Of a stretch of 44,109 nt of DNA, positions 20,728 through 31,951 are shown piece after piece; position 1 is the first letter of the stretch, and every line of letters begins with the position of its first letter. The notes below the pieces were generated by a model. That model ran no database searches, had not been told where the DNA came from, and worked only from the letters and a program-made list of their open reading frames with translations. Source of the stretch: an uncultured Hungatella sp. (GTDB lineage: Bacteria > Bacillota > Clostridia > Lachnospirales > Lachnospiraceae); assembly GCA_964471835.1 (NCBI GenBank), contig CAYYHX010000001.1, forward strand, positions 1 through 44,109, in the 5' to 3' direction. The position numbers were made by a program, and so were the translations under genes.

Positions 20728-23700
20728 ATGTTTTCAGGCAAGAGAAAGCGCAGGCGGCTGGCTGTTCTGACGGCTCTCGCGATGACAGCCGCAAGCATCC
20801 CCGTCTGGGCGACCGATCTGAAAACAAACGAACAGGCGTCAGCGGACGGGGAGGTCAACGCGGAGACGGCTGTCAATTATATCACGGATGATAATTTCAC
20901 CAATGATATGATTGACAACAACTACACGAAGGTCAGCCAGTCCCTGACAAGCCCCTTCTATGAGGGGGCGCCCGTCACGATCGACACGGCGTCGAATTTC
21001 ACACCGCTGAACGGGACCTCCGTCGCCGAGGATACCTACGGGTACGGCGGGGGTGCGATCCGGATGGAAATCCACGATTCCGGCGTTGTGACGGTGGACG
21101 CGCCGCAGGCGGGACGCTACTTCGTCAGCATGGACTACCTCGATATCGGGGACAGCGTGCTGGCGCTGGAGATGTCCATGAAGGTGAACGGAGAATTTCA
21201 GTTCTATGAGCTCCGCGATCTGAAGATGGAAGCGATGTGGCGGGACCCTTCGGAGGCTTCCTACGACCGGTACGGGAACCAGATCGTACCGGTACCCGAC
21301 AAACTTCTGCAGTGGCAGAACAAGTATGTGGGCGATTCCAGCTACCGTTACAGCGGGCCGCTGGCAGTGGAGCTGAAGGAAGGGGAGAATGAACTGGAGA
21401 TCGAACTGATCGAAGGGACGATGCTTCTGGGCAATCTGTATCTGAATCCGGAGCCGGTTATCGCGGAGTACGGCGGCTCGAAGGAGGCCCCCGGTGAGAT
21501 CCTTCTTACGATTCAGGGGGAGAATATGGATTACCGGAATGCTTCTTCCATCCGCGCGGCCTGTGAGTACGACATCGATCTCGATCCCTACGAGGTGGAG
21601 ACCAAGGCGCTCAACACCATCGACAGCGCTTCCTTCTCCGAGGCGGGGCAGTCTGTCACGTACAAGGTAAATGTGGAGAGCGCGGGGACGTACCGTCTGG
21701 CCATGAACTATGTTCAGAGCAGCAAGACGGATTTTCCGGTTTTCGTCAATGTGGCCGTGGACGGCGCCATTCCCAACACGGAATTCCAGAATTATCCGCT
21801 GCCCTACGGTTCCGGCTATCAGGTCGAGAAATTCACCGACGACGCGGGCAGTGCGCTGAGTCTGGATCTGGGCGCGGGGGAACACTCGATCACCTTCACG
21901 ATCTCGGCGGACCCGATCCGCCATGTGCTGGAGGCCGTGGATGAGATCATGAACGGCGTCAACAACCTGAACCTGGAGATCACCAAGGTGGCCGGCACCA
22001 ACAAGGACAAGTACCGCGATCTGGATATCGCGGATTATATCCCGGACGCTGTCACGCGGCTTGACAGCTACGCAGACCGGCTTGACGCTCTGGTCGAGAG
22101 CGTGAAGCAGTACAATCCGGAGGCCAAAAAGATCGGAGCGTTCTCTTCCGCGGGCGTGGCCAGCGAGCAGCTCCGTTCCCTGGCGAGCGAGCCGGACAGT
22201 CTGGCGTACCGCGTGTCCGAGCTGACCACCAGCAGCAACTCAGTGAACCAGTTCCTGGCGAACCTGATCGACAATGTCAATGAAAATGCGCTCGGCATCG
22301 ACCGCATCTATCTGTATCAGGACGGGGCGGAGGTTCCGGAAGGATCGGGACTCCTCGCGTCCGTCGGCGCCGGCGCGAAGCGCTTTGTGACTTCCTTCAC
22401 CTCTCAGGCGTACTCGGCCGCCAGCACGGATCCGGAGCATCTGCAGGTGTGGGTGAACCGTTCCAGGCAGTACCTGGAGATCATGCAGAAGATGATCGAC
22501 GAGGACTTCACGCCAAAGACCGGCATCCAGGTTGACCTGGCGCTGATGCCGGACCAGAACAAGCTGATCCTGGCCAACGCCTCCGGCGACGCCCCCGACG
22601 TAGCGACCGGCATCAATTACTCGGTGCCGTTTGAGCTTGGCATCCGCGGGGCCATCAAGGACCTGACGGAGTTCGGGGACTTCGCGGAGATCGCGGAGCG
22701 GTTCGAGGAAGGACTTCTGGTGCCATCAACCATCGAGGATGGGATTTACTCCCTGCCCGAAACGATGAATTTCTGGGTCCTGTTTGTCCGCACGGACGTC
22801 TTCGAGAAGCTGGGGCTGGAAGTCCCGGACACGATTCAGGACGTGAGGAACCTCCTGCCGAGCCTGCAGATGAGGGGAATGAATTTCTATTACCCGACGG
22901 CCGGTATGCAGGCCATGCGGAACTTCCACGGCACCACGCCGCTGATTCTGCAGAACGGCGGGTCGCTGTATACCCAGTACGCCGGCGATTCCAACTTAAA
23001 CAGCGAGGAGTCCGTGAAGGGCTTTAAGGAGTTGACCGAGCTCTTTACCATTTACAATCTGCCCAAGGACATCCCGAACTTCTACCAGCATTTCCGCAAC
23101 GGTTCCATCCCCATCGGAATCGCGGATTACGGCGTCTACAACCTGCTGCTGAACGCCGCCCCCGAGATTGCCAACAGCTGGGATATCTACCCGGTGCCAG
23201 GGACGAAGACGGAGGACGGGGAAGTGCTGCGCTATATCTCAGGCGGCGCCGAGAGTACGGTCATGTTCAAGTCGGACGCGGAGCGCGAGGGCAAGGCATG
23301 GGAGTTTATGAAATGGTGGTCCTCCGCCGACGTGCAGGCGGAATTCGGACAGACCCTGCAGGTGACGTACGGCAGCACATTCATGTGGAACACGGCCAAC
23401 AAGGAGGCGTTCGGAAGGCTTCCGTGGAAGACTCAGCATAAGGAAACGATTCTTACGCAGGCCGAATGGATCAACGAGGCGCCCAGGCTTCCCGGCTCCT
23501 ACATGGTGGAGCGCGAGATTTCCAACGCCTACAACTCGATCGTGGTGGACGGCGAGAACCTGCGCAGGACCCTGGACAATGCCGTGAAGCGGATCAACCG
23601 CGAGACGGAGCGCAAGCTGGAGGAGTTCGGATACAATGACACGAACGGCAACGTGATCACGCCTTACGAGGTTCCGACGATCGAGAGGGTAAGGCAGATC

Positions 23701-23730
23701 CTGGGAAAGACGGAAGGAGGAGATGACTGA
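20728..23730 (+). CDS. Giant (1000 aa) extracellular solute-binding protein with N-terminal CBM-like beta-sandwich domains
   Basis: Signal peptide; two AGxYx4xY...V(N/D)G beta-sandwich signatures; C-terminal sugar SBP ([19 protein letters not shown]). Confidence 0.85.
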   Translation: MFSGKRKRRRLAVLTALAMTAASIPVWATDLKTNEQASADGEVNAETAVNYITDDNFTNDMIDNNYTKVSQSLTSPFYEGAPVTIDTASNFTPLNGTSVAEDTYGYGGGAIRMEIHDSGVVTVDAPQAGRYFVSMDYLDIGDSVLALEMSMKVNGEFQFYELRDLKMEAMWRDPSEASYDRYGNQIVPVPDKLLQWQNKYVGDSSYRYSGPLAVELKEGENELEIELIEGTMLLGNLYLNPEPVIAEYGGSKEAPGEILLTIQGENMDYRNASSIRAACEYDIDLDPYEVETKALNTIDSASFSEAGQSVTYKVNVESAGTYRLAMNYVQSSKTDFPVFVNVAVDGAIPNTEFQNYPLPYGSGYQVEKFTDDAGSALSLDLGAGEHSITFTISADPIRHVLEAVDEIMNGVNNLNLEITKVAGTNKDKYRDLDIADYIPDAVTRLDSYADRLDALVESVKQYNPEAKKIGAFSSAGVASEQLRSLASEPDSLAYRVSELTTSSNSVNQFLANLIDNVNENALGIDRIYLYQDGAEVPEGSGLLASVGAGAKRFVTSFTSQAYSAASTDPEHLQVWVNRSRQYLEIMQKMIDEDFTPKTGIQVDLALMPDQNKLILANASGDAPDVATGINYSVPFELGIRGAIKDLTEFGDFAEIAERFEEGLLVPSTIEDGIYSLPETMNFWVLFVRTDVFEKLGLEVPDTIQDVRNLLPSLQMRGMNFYYPTAGMQAMRNFHGTTPLILQNGGSLYTQYAGDSNLNSEESVKGFKELTELFTIYNLPKDIPNFYQHFRNGSIPIGIADYGVYNLLLNAAPEIANSWDIYPVPGTKTEDGEVLRYISGGAESTVMFKSDAEREGKAWEFMKWWSSADVQAEFGQTLQVTYGSTFMWNTANKEAFGRLPWKTQHKETILTQAEWINEAPRLPGSYMVEREISNAYNSIVVDGENLRRTLDNAVKRINRETERKLEEFGYNDTNGNVITPYEVPTIERVRQILGKTEGGDD

Positions 23731-24659
23731 TGAGCAAAACCGCTGCTAAGGCCAAAAAGAACCGGATCAGCAAGCGCGAAGCCTCGAATCCGGCCGCGCT
23801 GGCATTCCTGGCTCCCTACCTGATCCTGTTTGTCGTCTTCATCATCGTCCCGATGGTGATCGCGATCGGCCTTTCCTTTACGAATTTTAATACCATTGAG
23901 TTTCCGACTTTCGTCGGTTTCCTCAACTACATCAACCTGATCACCCAGGATGAGATCTTCATGCAGTACGTCCTGCCGAATACGGTGGTGTACGTCATCA
24001 TCGTCGGCATCGGCGGCTACCTGCTTTCCTTCATCCTGGCGTGGGTGCTGGCGCAGCTTTCCACGGTGCCGAGAACCATCCTGGCGCTGATCTTCTACTC
24101 GCCCAGCATGACAAGCGGCGTCGCCATGACCGTTCTATGGAAGATCATCTTCACCGGCGACCAGACCGGCTACCTGAACAGCATCCTGATGAAGCTGGGG
24201 ATTATCAAAGAACCGATCATCTGGCTGACAAACACGACCTACCTGCTGCCCATCGTCATCATCGTGGCGCTGTGGTCCAGCATGGGCGTCGGGTTCCTCT
24301 CCATGCTGGCCGGCATCCTCAACGCGGACGAGGAGCTCTACGAGGCGGGCGCCATCGACGGCATCAAGAACCGTTTCCAGGAGATGATCTACATCACGAT
24401 CCCGACCATGAAGCCGCAGATGCTGTTCGGCGCGGTCATGGCGGTGGTCAACACCTTCTCCAACGGCGCCATCGGCGTCGCCCTGACCGGTTCCAACCCG
24501 ACGCCCGGCTACGCGGCGCAGCTGATCGTCAACCACATCGAGGATTACGGTTTCATCCGCTATGAGATGGGTTACGCGGCCGCCGTATCCGTCGTGCTGC
24601 TGATTATCATCTGGCTCTTCTCCACGCTGGCGAAGAAGCTGTTTGCCGAGAAAGACTGA
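23730..24659 (+). CDS. Carbohydrate ABC permease (MalF-like)
   Basis: [13 protein letters not shown] loop; MGYAAAVS; multiple TM segments. Confidence 0.93.
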   Translation: MSKTAAKAKKNRISKREASNPAALAFLAPYLILFVVFIIVPMVIAIGLSFTNFNTIEFPTFVGFLNYINLITQDEIFMQYVLPNTVVYVIIVGIGGYLLSFILAWVLAQLSTVPRTILALIFYSPSMTSGVAMTVLWKIIFTGDQTGYLNSILMKLGIIKEPIIWLTNTTYLLPIVIIVALWSSMGVGFLSMLAGILNADEELYEAGAIDGIKNRFQEMIYITIPTMKPQMLFGAVMAVVNTFSNGAIGVALTGSNPTPGYAAQLIVNHIEDYGFIRYEMGYAAAVSVVLLIIIWLFSTLAKKLFAEKD

Positions 24660-24676
24660 AAGGGGGCGAAAAGGAA

Positions 24677-25546
24677 ATGGCATACAGAGGAAGCAATATC
24701 AATCCGAAGAAATTTGAACGCGGCCAGATCAAGCTGATTGTCGCGGTCGCCCCGCTGGCGATCTTCATGCTGCTGCCGATCATTTACATTTTCTGCCACG
24801 CGTTTAAGCCCATGGAGGAGCTGTTCGCGTTCCCGCCCAGATTCTTCGTGCGGAACCCGACGCTGGACAACTTCCGGGGCCTGATGAAAGCGTCCCAGAC
24901 GTCCGGCATCCCGCTGAGCCGTTATTTGTTCAACAGCCTGGTCGTGACCGCCGCGGATGTGATCGGTTCCATCCTGATCTCGTCGATGGCCGGCTACGCA
25001 CTGTCCAAACTCCGTTTCAAGGGCAAGAACACGCTGCTTGAGATCAACAACGCTGCCCTGATGTTCGTCCCGGTCGCCGTCATGATCCCCCGCTACCTGG
25101 TGATCGACGCCCTGGGGTTGACCAATAATTACCTGGCCCATATCCTGCCCCTTCTGGCGATGCCCGTGAACCTGTTCCTGGTGAAACAGTTCATCGACCA
25201 GATTCCGGACGCCCTGATCGACGCGGCCTATATGGACGGCGCCACCGATTTCACGGTGTACCGCAAGATCATCATCCCGATGATCCGGCCGGCCATCGCC
25301 ACCAGCGCGATCCTCGCCTTCCAGCAGGTATGGACGAATGTGGAGAGCTCCAACCTTTATATGAATGAGGACAGTCTGCGCACCCTGGCCTTCTATATGA
25401 ATACGCTGGCCTCCACGAACAACACCGTAGCCGGGCAGGGAATCGCGGCGGCGGCAACGCTGATCATGTTCATACCGAACCTGGTCGTGTTCATATTCTG
25501 CCAGAAGAGCATCATGAATACCATGGCTCATTCCGGTATCAAGTAG
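24677..25546 (+). CDS. Carbohydrate ABC permease (MalG-like)
   Basis: IPDALIDAAYMDGA EAA loop; NSLVVT. Confidence 0.93.
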   Translation: MAYRGSNINPKKFERGQIKLIVAVAPLAIFMLLPIIYIFCHAFKPMEELFAFPPRFFVRNPTLDNFRGLMKASQTSGIPLSRYLFNSLVVTAADVIGSILISSMAGYALSKLRFKGKNTLLEINNAALMFVPVAVMIPRYLVIDALGLTNNYLAHILPLLAMPVNLFLVKQFIDQIPDALIDAAYMDGATDFTVYRKIIIPMIRPAIATSAILAFQQVWTNVESSNLYMNEDSLRTLAFYMNTLASTNNTVAGQGIAAAATLIMFIPNLVVFIFCQKSIMNTMAHSGIK

Positions 25547-25557
25547 GAGGAAAGAAC

Positions 25558-27594
25558 ATGAAGAAATGGAAAATCGTACTGCCGGCTGTTCTTTCCGTAC
25601 TGGGCCTGGCGGCCGCCGCGCCCATGAAGGCATATGCGGAGGTGCCGTACAAAACCTACACCATAGACGGTTACGGTTATGTCACGGAAACGCAGACGGC
25701 GTACACGCCCAAGGGTTCTTTCAATAAGATCGGCGACAATTCCCTGGTGAAGCCGACCGATCTGAAGATCACCGCTGACGGCCTCGTCTATATCGCGGAC
25801 GCCGGCGCCCAGGTCGTCTGGGTCAGCACCCTGACCGGCGAGTATGTGGATACGATCGGCGAGGGCGTGCTGACGGAGCCTTACGGGCTCTTTGTGACAG
25901 AGGAGAAGCAGCTCTATGTGGCGGACCGCTCCGGCAAGGTCGTGGTATTCGATCCCCAGGGCGAAGTCATCGCCACCTACACGAAACCCAACCACCCGCT
26001 GTACGGCAAGGGCGATTTCAAGCCGGTGAAGATCGTGGTCAACTCCGGCGGCGACATGTACATCGTCTGCGAGGGCAATTCCAACGGCCTCGTGCAGCTG
26101 ACCCCCACCGAGGGCGGCACCTTCCTCGGTTACTTCGGAACCAACAACGCCAACGTCACGCTGCTGCGCATGGTTCAGGAGGCGGTGTTCACGGATGAGC
26201 AGCTTGCAAGGATGGTCAGCAACCTTCCGTCTACGCCGGTGAACGTGGCCATCGATAAGCAGGGGCTGATCTACACGGTCACGCCCGGACTTGAGAACCT
26301 GAGCCTGAAGAAGCTGAACATCGCCGGCACGAACCTGATCGAGCCGGACGCCTATGACGGCCGGGAGGCGGCGGTCGCGGTGGGCAACCACGACAACGTG
26401 TATGTAGCGTCTTCCGACGGCTACATCTACGAGTACAATTCCGAGGGCGACATGCTCTTTGTCTTCGGCGGCCGTGACGACGGGCGGTTCCGGATCGGTC
26501 TGTCCAGCCGGGTTGAGGCCATCGCGGTGGACGCCAATGACAACATCTACATCGTGGATTCCGACAGCCGGCAGGTACAGTATTTCGAGGCGACCGAATT
26601 TACCAACCTGCTGCACAGCGCCTTGAACCTGTACGAGAACGGGCGCTACGTCGAGAGCATGGCCCCGCTTCTGCAGGTTCTGGAAACCAACAGCCTGTTC
26701 GACTATGCCAACGAGGCGATCAGCCGCTCCTACCTGCAGGTGGAGGACTATGAGAACGCTCTGAAATACGCCCGTCTTTCGAAAGCATTTGAAGTCTACT
26801 CCGACGCTTTCTGGGAGGTGCGGAACACCTGGCTGCGTGAGAATCTGATCCAGGCGGCGGCGGTCGTCCTGGCGATCGTGCTGGTGATCTGGCTTCTGGG
26901 AAGGCTGCAGAAGAAGAGAGGCATTTTCAATCCGGTCCTGAAGGCGACCGAGAACTTCCGGAACGGCGATTTCTGGAAGCGGCAGAAATACATGGTCTAC
27001 TATATGAAGCATCCGATCGACGGCGCCTACGGCCTGCGCTACGAGAACAAGAGTTCGTGGATCACGGCCTGCATCCTGCTTGCGCTGGCGACGCTGATCT
27101 TCGTGCTCAACAAGTATTACTGCGGCTTCCTGCTGCGGACGGTCCGCGAGGGGCGCTATACGATCCCCAACGACGTGCTGATGATTGTCGGCGTGTTCGT
27201 GGTGCTGACGGCATGCAACTACCTGATGTGTACCATCAATGACGGCGAGGGCAGCTTCAAACGGCTGTTCTGCGGGTTTGCGTTCTCGCTGACGCCGTAC
27301 ATCCTGTTTGAGCCGTTTTGCATCCTTCTGAGCAATGTGATCACCTACAACGAAGTGTTCCTGATTGATTTCGCGCAGATTTTCATCTACTCCTGGTGTG
27401 TCGTCCTGCTGTTTTTGACCATCAAGGAAGTGAACAATTACACGGTCGCGGAAACCTTGAAGATCATCTTCCTGACCGCGTTCACTGTGCTGATTCTGAC
27501 GCTTCTGGTTTTTATCATTTATGTGCTGTTTAAGCAGATCATTGATTTCGTATCTGAGGTAGCCGGAGAGGTGGTGTATCGAATTGGCAGATAA
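25558..27594 (+). CDS. Secreted NHL-like beta-propeller + TPR-like helices + C-terminal YIP1-like multi-TM domain
   Basis: Signal peptide; PTDL..VYIADAG, PYGL..LYVAD, PVNVAID repeats; MKHPIDG followed by about five TM helices. Confidence 0.75.
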   Translation: MKKWKIVLPAVLSVLGLAAAAPMKAYAEVPYKTYTIDGYGYVTETQTAYTPKGSFNKIGDNSLVKPTDLKITADGLVYIADAGAQVVWVSTLTGEYVDTIGEGVLTEPYGLFVTEEKQLYVADRSGKVVVFDPQGEVIATYTKPNHPLYGKGDFKPVKIVVNSGGDMYIVCEGNSNGLVQLTPTEGGTFLGYFGTNNANVTLLRMVQEAVFTDEQLARMVSNLPSTPVNVAIDKQGLIYTVTPGLENLSLKKLNIAGTNLIEPDAYDGREAAVAVGNHDNVYVASSDGYIYEYNSEGDMLFVFGGRDDGRFRIGLSSRVEAIAVDANDNIYIVDSDSRQVQYFEATEFTNLLHSALNLYENGRYVESMAPLLQVLETNSLFDYANEAISRSYLQVEDYENALKYARLSKAFEVYSDAFWEVRNTWLRENLIQAAAVVLAIVLVIWLLGRLQKKRGIFNPVLKATENFRNGDFWKRQKYMVYYMKHPIDGAYGLRYENKSSWITACILLALATLIFVLNKYYCGFLLRTVREGRYTIPNDVLMIVGVFVVLTACNYLMCTINDGEGSFKRLFCGFAFSLTPYILFEPFCILLSNVITYNEVFLIDFAQIFIYSWCVVLLFLTIKEVNNYTVAETLKIIFLTAFTVLILTLLVFIIYVLFKQIIDFVSEVAGEVVYRIGR

Positions 27595-29863
27595 ACAATT
27601 ATGGCGCCGTCTCGGAAGCGGACTGGCCTGCCTGTTTGCGGGCGTCCTGCTTGCGAACCCCATGACGGCGTACGCCACGGAGGAGGCGGGGACGGTCGTA
27701 AACGTGGAAGTCTCGGCCGAGGAAAAGAAGGAAGCCCTGGGGGATGCCATCGTCGAGAACCCCGGGGACACCATCCGGGATCACCGGCTGGTGGCGGAGA
27801 ACGACAATCTTCAGCTGTACCTCTATGAGCCGACGTTGTCGCTGATCGTGCGGGATAAGAAGACCGGGGCCATCATGGAGTCCACGGTCGCCGAAAGCGA
27901 CGGCACCCTGAACACCACCTGGGAGAGTTTCGTCCACTCCGGGCTGGGGTTTGAGATTCTGAACGGCCTGAACGAAGAACGCAGCGACCTGACGGCGGCC
28001 GGGGCCGAGATTCGGGTGAGCGATACGGAGAACGGGTTCTCGGCGGACATCAACCTGACCAAATACCAGATTTCCCTGACGCTGAACGTGGAGCTGACGG
28101 ACGACGGGTTCACCGCCGAGATTCCCAGCAGCTCCATCGTGGAGGAGCAGGCGGGCGCGGCCGCGCCGGTGACGATCGGGAGCATTTACATTTATCCGTT
28201 CTTAGGGTATACCTACTCCGCGGAGCGTTCCGGCTATATGTTCGTGCCGGACGGCAACGGCGCCCTGATCTATCTGGAGGACAACGACGGGCGGTTCGGC
28301 TCCCCGCTGAGTCTGGATGTTTGGGGCGGCAACGCGGGCGTGGACGAGAGTTATGTCCTGAGCCTGTTCTGGGATGAGTATCAGACGGTCAACGAGGGCG
28401 AGCCGGTTCTGGCTCCGGTCTTCGGGATGGCGCACACCGACTCACAGATGGCCGTGCTGGGCATCATCGAGAGCGGGGCGGAGGACTCCCGGATCATGGC
28501 CTACCCCAACGGGGCCATCACTAACTACAACTGGATCACGCCCCGGTTCACGATACGGCGGATCTACACGCAGCTTCTGAGCGAGGCGGCCACCGCTTCC
28601 GTCCGGCTGCAGGAAAGCCGCCATTCCCAGTGCGACCTGAAGACACGCTACATTTTCTTAAGCGGCGACGACGCGGACTATGCGGGCATGGCGGTCAAAT
28701 ACCGGGAATATCTGCTTGAGGAGCAGGGGCTGACCGCGAAAGACGACGGCTTCCGCATCCGGCTTGATTTCCTCGGAAGCGACCGGGAAAACGGCATCGT
28801 CGGCAAGAAGGCCGTGACCATGACTACCACGGACAACATCCGCGATATCTACGACGACCTGGCGGCCAGCGGCGTTACCGATATCACGACGGTGTATAAG
28901 GGGTGGCAGAAAGGCGGGATCTGGAGCGTGCCGATCACCAAATACAAGGCGGACCGTTCCATCGGAGGCACGCATGACCTGACGAAGCTGATCGGGGAGG
29001 CCGACGGCAAGGGCATCCGTTTCTATCTGTACCAGGATGCGCTGCGCGCCAACCCGGATACGGTGAATACCACTTTCAACATCATCAAGAAACTGAATGA
29101 GAGCGCTTACGAGGAGGAAACCTATAAGGAGATCTACGAGCATTTCAACTACCAGACCCCGGACAAGGCGGTAGAACGGATGCAGAGCGCGCTGGAGTCC
29201 TACCGGCAGGAGGGCGTGAACTGTCTGGCGCTGACCGGAATCACCGACCACCTGTTCAGTTACAATTACAACAACAGGCTCTACAACCGGACCGATACGC
29301 TGGGAGTGCTTGAGCCGGCCATCGCGTCCGCGGCGCAGGAGTCGGATATCCTGATGGAAAAGCCCATCTCCGAATACTGGGGGCTGACGAGCGGCATCAT
29401 GGGAATGCCGGTGAATACCTCGAATTACGTGTTTACGGATCAGGAAGTCCCGTTCCTGTCCATCGCACTGAAGGGAATCCTTCCGATGTACGCGGATTAC
29501 ACCAACTTCGAGGCCAACCGGAGCGAGTATTTCCTGGAACTGGTGGAAACCGGAATCTACCCGTCCTTCTACCTGACCTGGGAAGACCCGGTGGATCTGC
29601 TGTACACGAATTCCTCCGACCTGTATACTTCCAGGTATACGGTGTATAAGAGCGAGATCGTCGAGGACTACGAACAGCTGAAGGAGATCAATGACGCCGT
29701 GGCCGGAGCGACCATCTCCGATTACGAGAGGACGGCCGGCGATCTGGCTGTCGTCACCTACTCCAACGGCGTGAAGATCTATGTGAACCACAGCGGAAAC
29801 GCTGTCGAATATGACGGCATGACCATCGAGGCCATGTCCTATAAGGCAGGTGAGGTCGGATGA
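27584..29863 (+). CDS. Secreted DUF5696-like protein (possible glycoside-hydrolase-like barrel)
   Basis: TTG start after GAGGTGG; signal peptide; GYMFVPDGNGALI, YxGWQxGG, VPFLSIALKG, VTYSNG..IYVN. Confidence 0.7.
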   Translation: MADKQLWRRLGSGLACLFAGVLLANPMTAYATEEAGTVVNVEVSAEEKKEALGDAIVENPGDTIRDHRLVAENDNLQLYLYEPTLSLIVRDKKTGAIMESTVAESDGTLNTTWESFVHSGLGFEILNGLNEERSDLTAAGAEIRVSDTENGFSADINLTKYQISLTLNVELTDDGFTAEIPSSSIVEEQAGAAAPVTIGSIYIYPFLGYTYSAERSGYMFVPDGNGALIYLEDNDGRFGSPLSLDVWGGNAGVDESYVLSLFWDEYQTVNEGEPVLAPVFGMAHTDSQMAVLGIIESGAEDSRIMAYPNGAITNYNWITPRFTIRRIYTQLLSEAATASVRLQESRHSQCDLKTRYIFLSGDDADYAGMAVKYREYLLEEQGLTAKDDGFRIRLDFLGSDRENGIVGKKAVTMTTTDNIRDIYDDLAASGVTDITTVYKGWQKGGIWSVPITKYKADRSIGGTHDLTKLIGEADGKGIRFYLYQDALRANPDTVNTTFNIIKKLNESAYEEETYKEIYEHFNYQTPDKAVERMQSALESYRQEGVNCLALTGITDHLFSYNYNNRLYNRTDTLGVLEPAIASAAQESDILMEKPISEYWGLTSGIMGMPVNTSNYVFTDQEVPFLSIALKGILPMYADYTNFEANRSEYFLELVETGIYPSFYLTWEDPVDLLYTNSSDLYTSRYTVYKSEIVEDYEQLKEINDAVAGATISDYERTAGDLAVVTYSNGVKIYVNHSGNAVEYDGMTIEAMSYKAGEVG

Positions 29864-30906
29864 GTAAGAATGAGAAAACAGAGAAAGCGCCGCAGGCCCC
29901 TGTGACAAAGAGGCACCGGCTTTCCCTGAAACAGCGTGAGAACATGATGGGTTACCTGTTCGTGCTGCCCTGGATCATCGGTGTGGCGGTCTTCGTGATC
30001 CGTCCGCTGTTCCAGTCCTTCCACTTCGCGTTAAGCAACGTGAGGATCACGCCGAAAGGCCGCGAAGTCACCTTTGTCGGGCTCCTGAACTTCACCCAGA
30101 TCCTGCAGGAAGACGCCACATTCCCGACGGAACTGGTATCCTACCTGATGAAGACGGTGCTTGCCACCCCGGTCATCGTGGTATTCGCGCTGATCATTGC
30201 CCTGCTGCTGAACAGCCATGTGAAGGGAAAAGGCTTCTTCCGGCTGATCTTCTTCCTGCCCGTGATCATCGCGTCCGGGCCGGTGATGGAGCAGCTGATC
30301 AGCCAGGGCGCGGGTTCCATCCCGTCCATGAATACCAGCGCGATCAGCAGCCTGATCGGTTTCCTGCCGGATTTCCTGGAAGACGCCATCATGGGACTGT
30401 TTGAGAATATCGTCATGTACCTGTGGTATTCCGGCGTCCAGATCCTGATCTTCCTGGCCGCGATCCAGAAGATCGATACCTCCCTCTATGAAGCGGCCAA
30501 GATTGACGGCGGCTCCACCTGGGAGTGTTTCTGGAAGATCACGCTGCCGACTATCAAGAACATGACCCTGTTAAATGTGGTCTATACCATCATTTTCCTG
30601 TCCAACAACGAGCAGAATACCATCATCGAGACGATCAAGGACGCCATGTTCGGTACGACGGGAAGCAAGGGGTACGGGTACGCGTCCGCCATGGCCTGGC
30701 TCTACGCGGTCATCGTGACGCTTCTGGTGCTGGTATTCGCCGCCGTCCTGATGCTCAAGAAAGACGCCTACGCCAAACAGGCGAAGAAGATCCGCAAAGA
30801 GATGAAGCATCAGGAGAAGCTGGCGAAGAAATTAGAGAGAAAGGGGATCCGTTATGCAAAGCAAGAAGCAAGACGCGCAGGCAAACCGGTCAAAGAGCGC
30901 AGCTAA
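29860..30906 (+). CDS. Carbohydrate ABC permease (MalF-like) with a basic C-terminal extension
   Basis: SLYEAAKIDG; YGYASAMAW; ATGA overlap with the upstream gene. Confidence 0.92.
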   Translation: MSKNEKTEKAPQAPVTKRHRLSLKQRENMMGYLFVLPWIIGVAVFVIRPLFQSFHFALSNVRITPKGREVTFVGLLNFTQILQEDATFPTELVSYLMKTVLATPVIVVFALIIALLLNSHVKGKGFFRLIFFLPVIIASGPVMEQLISQGAGSIPSMNTSAISSLIGFLPDFLEDAIMGLFENIVMYLWYSGVQILIFLAAIQKIDTSLYEAAKIDGGSTWECFWKITLPTIKNMTLLNVVYTIIFLSNNEQNTIIETIKDAMFGTTGSKGYGYASAMAWLYAVIVTLLVLVFAAVLMLKKDAYAKQAKKIRKEMKHQEKLAKKLERKGIRYAKQEARRAGKPVKERS

Positions 30907-31867
30907 GACGGCGGCCGTCCCGAAAAGGCGTCTGGATAAGAACGCGATCCATAAATGGTTCTTCGGCTCCAAGGATACCCAGGGGGCGGGCAAAACCATC
31001 GCCATCTACGGCCTGCTGATCTGCATCGGGTTCGTCTACATCTACCCGCTGCTCTACATGCTCAGCAAGAGCTTCATGCAGCGTGCCGACCTGCTGGACA
31101 GCTCCGTCAACTGGATTCCCAGCACGCTGTATGTGAAGAACTATATCGACGCCTTCACAAGCATGAATTATCTGAAAACCCTGTGGCAGTCGGTGGTCGT
31201 CGCCGGCGTGCCGACCCTGGTCAACGTGGTCATGTGCGGCGTGATCGGCTACGGCTTCGCGCGGTATGATTTCCCGCTTAAGACGGTGATGCTGGGGATC
31301 CTGATCTTCTCCTTCATCCTGCCGCCGCAGATCACCATGATGCCGAACTACCTGTTGTACAACGACCTGAAGATCCTGAATTCCCTGGCCGCCTTCGTGG
31401 TGCCGTCCTTCTTCGGACAGGGAATCAAGTCGCAGCTGTATATCCTGATCTTCTACCAGTTCTTCCGTCAGATCCCGCAGGCTCTGATCGAAGCGGCAAA
31501 GATCGACGGCTGCGGGCATTTCAGGACCTTCTTCCGGATCGCGGTTCCGTCCGCGGCCCCGGCCATTCTGGTGGTGTTCCTGTTCTCCATCGTATGGTAC
31601 TGGAACGAGTCCTACCTGACCCAGCTGTATGTCTGCGGTATCCTGGGAGGCAGCAAGTGGAACACGCTGATGGTCGCGCTGAAAGGATTCAACGACAGCT
31701 ATTCGACGGCGGGCGCGTCCGTGACCGGCGAGGCCATGGGCAGCCTGAACGAAGGAATCAAGATGGCGGCGACGATGCTGTCCATCCTGCCGGTTCTTCT
31801 GATGTACTTCGTGCTGCAGAAGCAGTTTGTGGAGAGCGTTGACCGGACCGGTATCACGGGAGAGTAA
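30854..31867 (+). CDS. Carbohydrate ABC permease (MalG-like)
   Basis: IPQALIEAAKIDG; WYWNE; QKQFVESVDRTG. Confidence 0.92.
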   Translation: MQSKKQDAQANRSKSAAKTAAVPKRRLDKNAIHKWFFGSKDTQGAGKTIAIYGLLICIGFVYIYPLLYMLSKSFMQRADLLDSSVNWIPSTLYVKNYIDAFTSMNYLKTLWQSVVVAGVPTLVNVVMCGVIGYGFARYDFPLKTVMLGILIFSFILPPQITMMPNYLLYNDLKILNSLAAFVVPSFFGQGIKSQLYILIFYQFFRQIPQALIEAAKIDGCGHFRTFFRIAVPSAAPAILVVFLFSIVWYWNESYLTQLYVCGILGGSKWNTLMVALKGFNDSYSTAGASVTGEAMGSLNEGIKMAATMLSILPVLLMYFVLQKQFVESVDRTGITGE

Positions 31868-31898
31868 AGTGTTGCAAGTGTTCCGCAAGGTAGTATTG

Positions 31899-31918
31899 CC
31901 CGCCCCGCGCGGGGCGGG
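31899..31918. other. Perfect 20-bp GC palindrome upstream of the lipoprotein SBP
   Basis: cccgccccgcgcggggcggg; no U tract. Confidence 0.6.
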
Positions 31919-31951
31919 TCTGCTATACAAAAACATAAGGAGGATTCAAGT

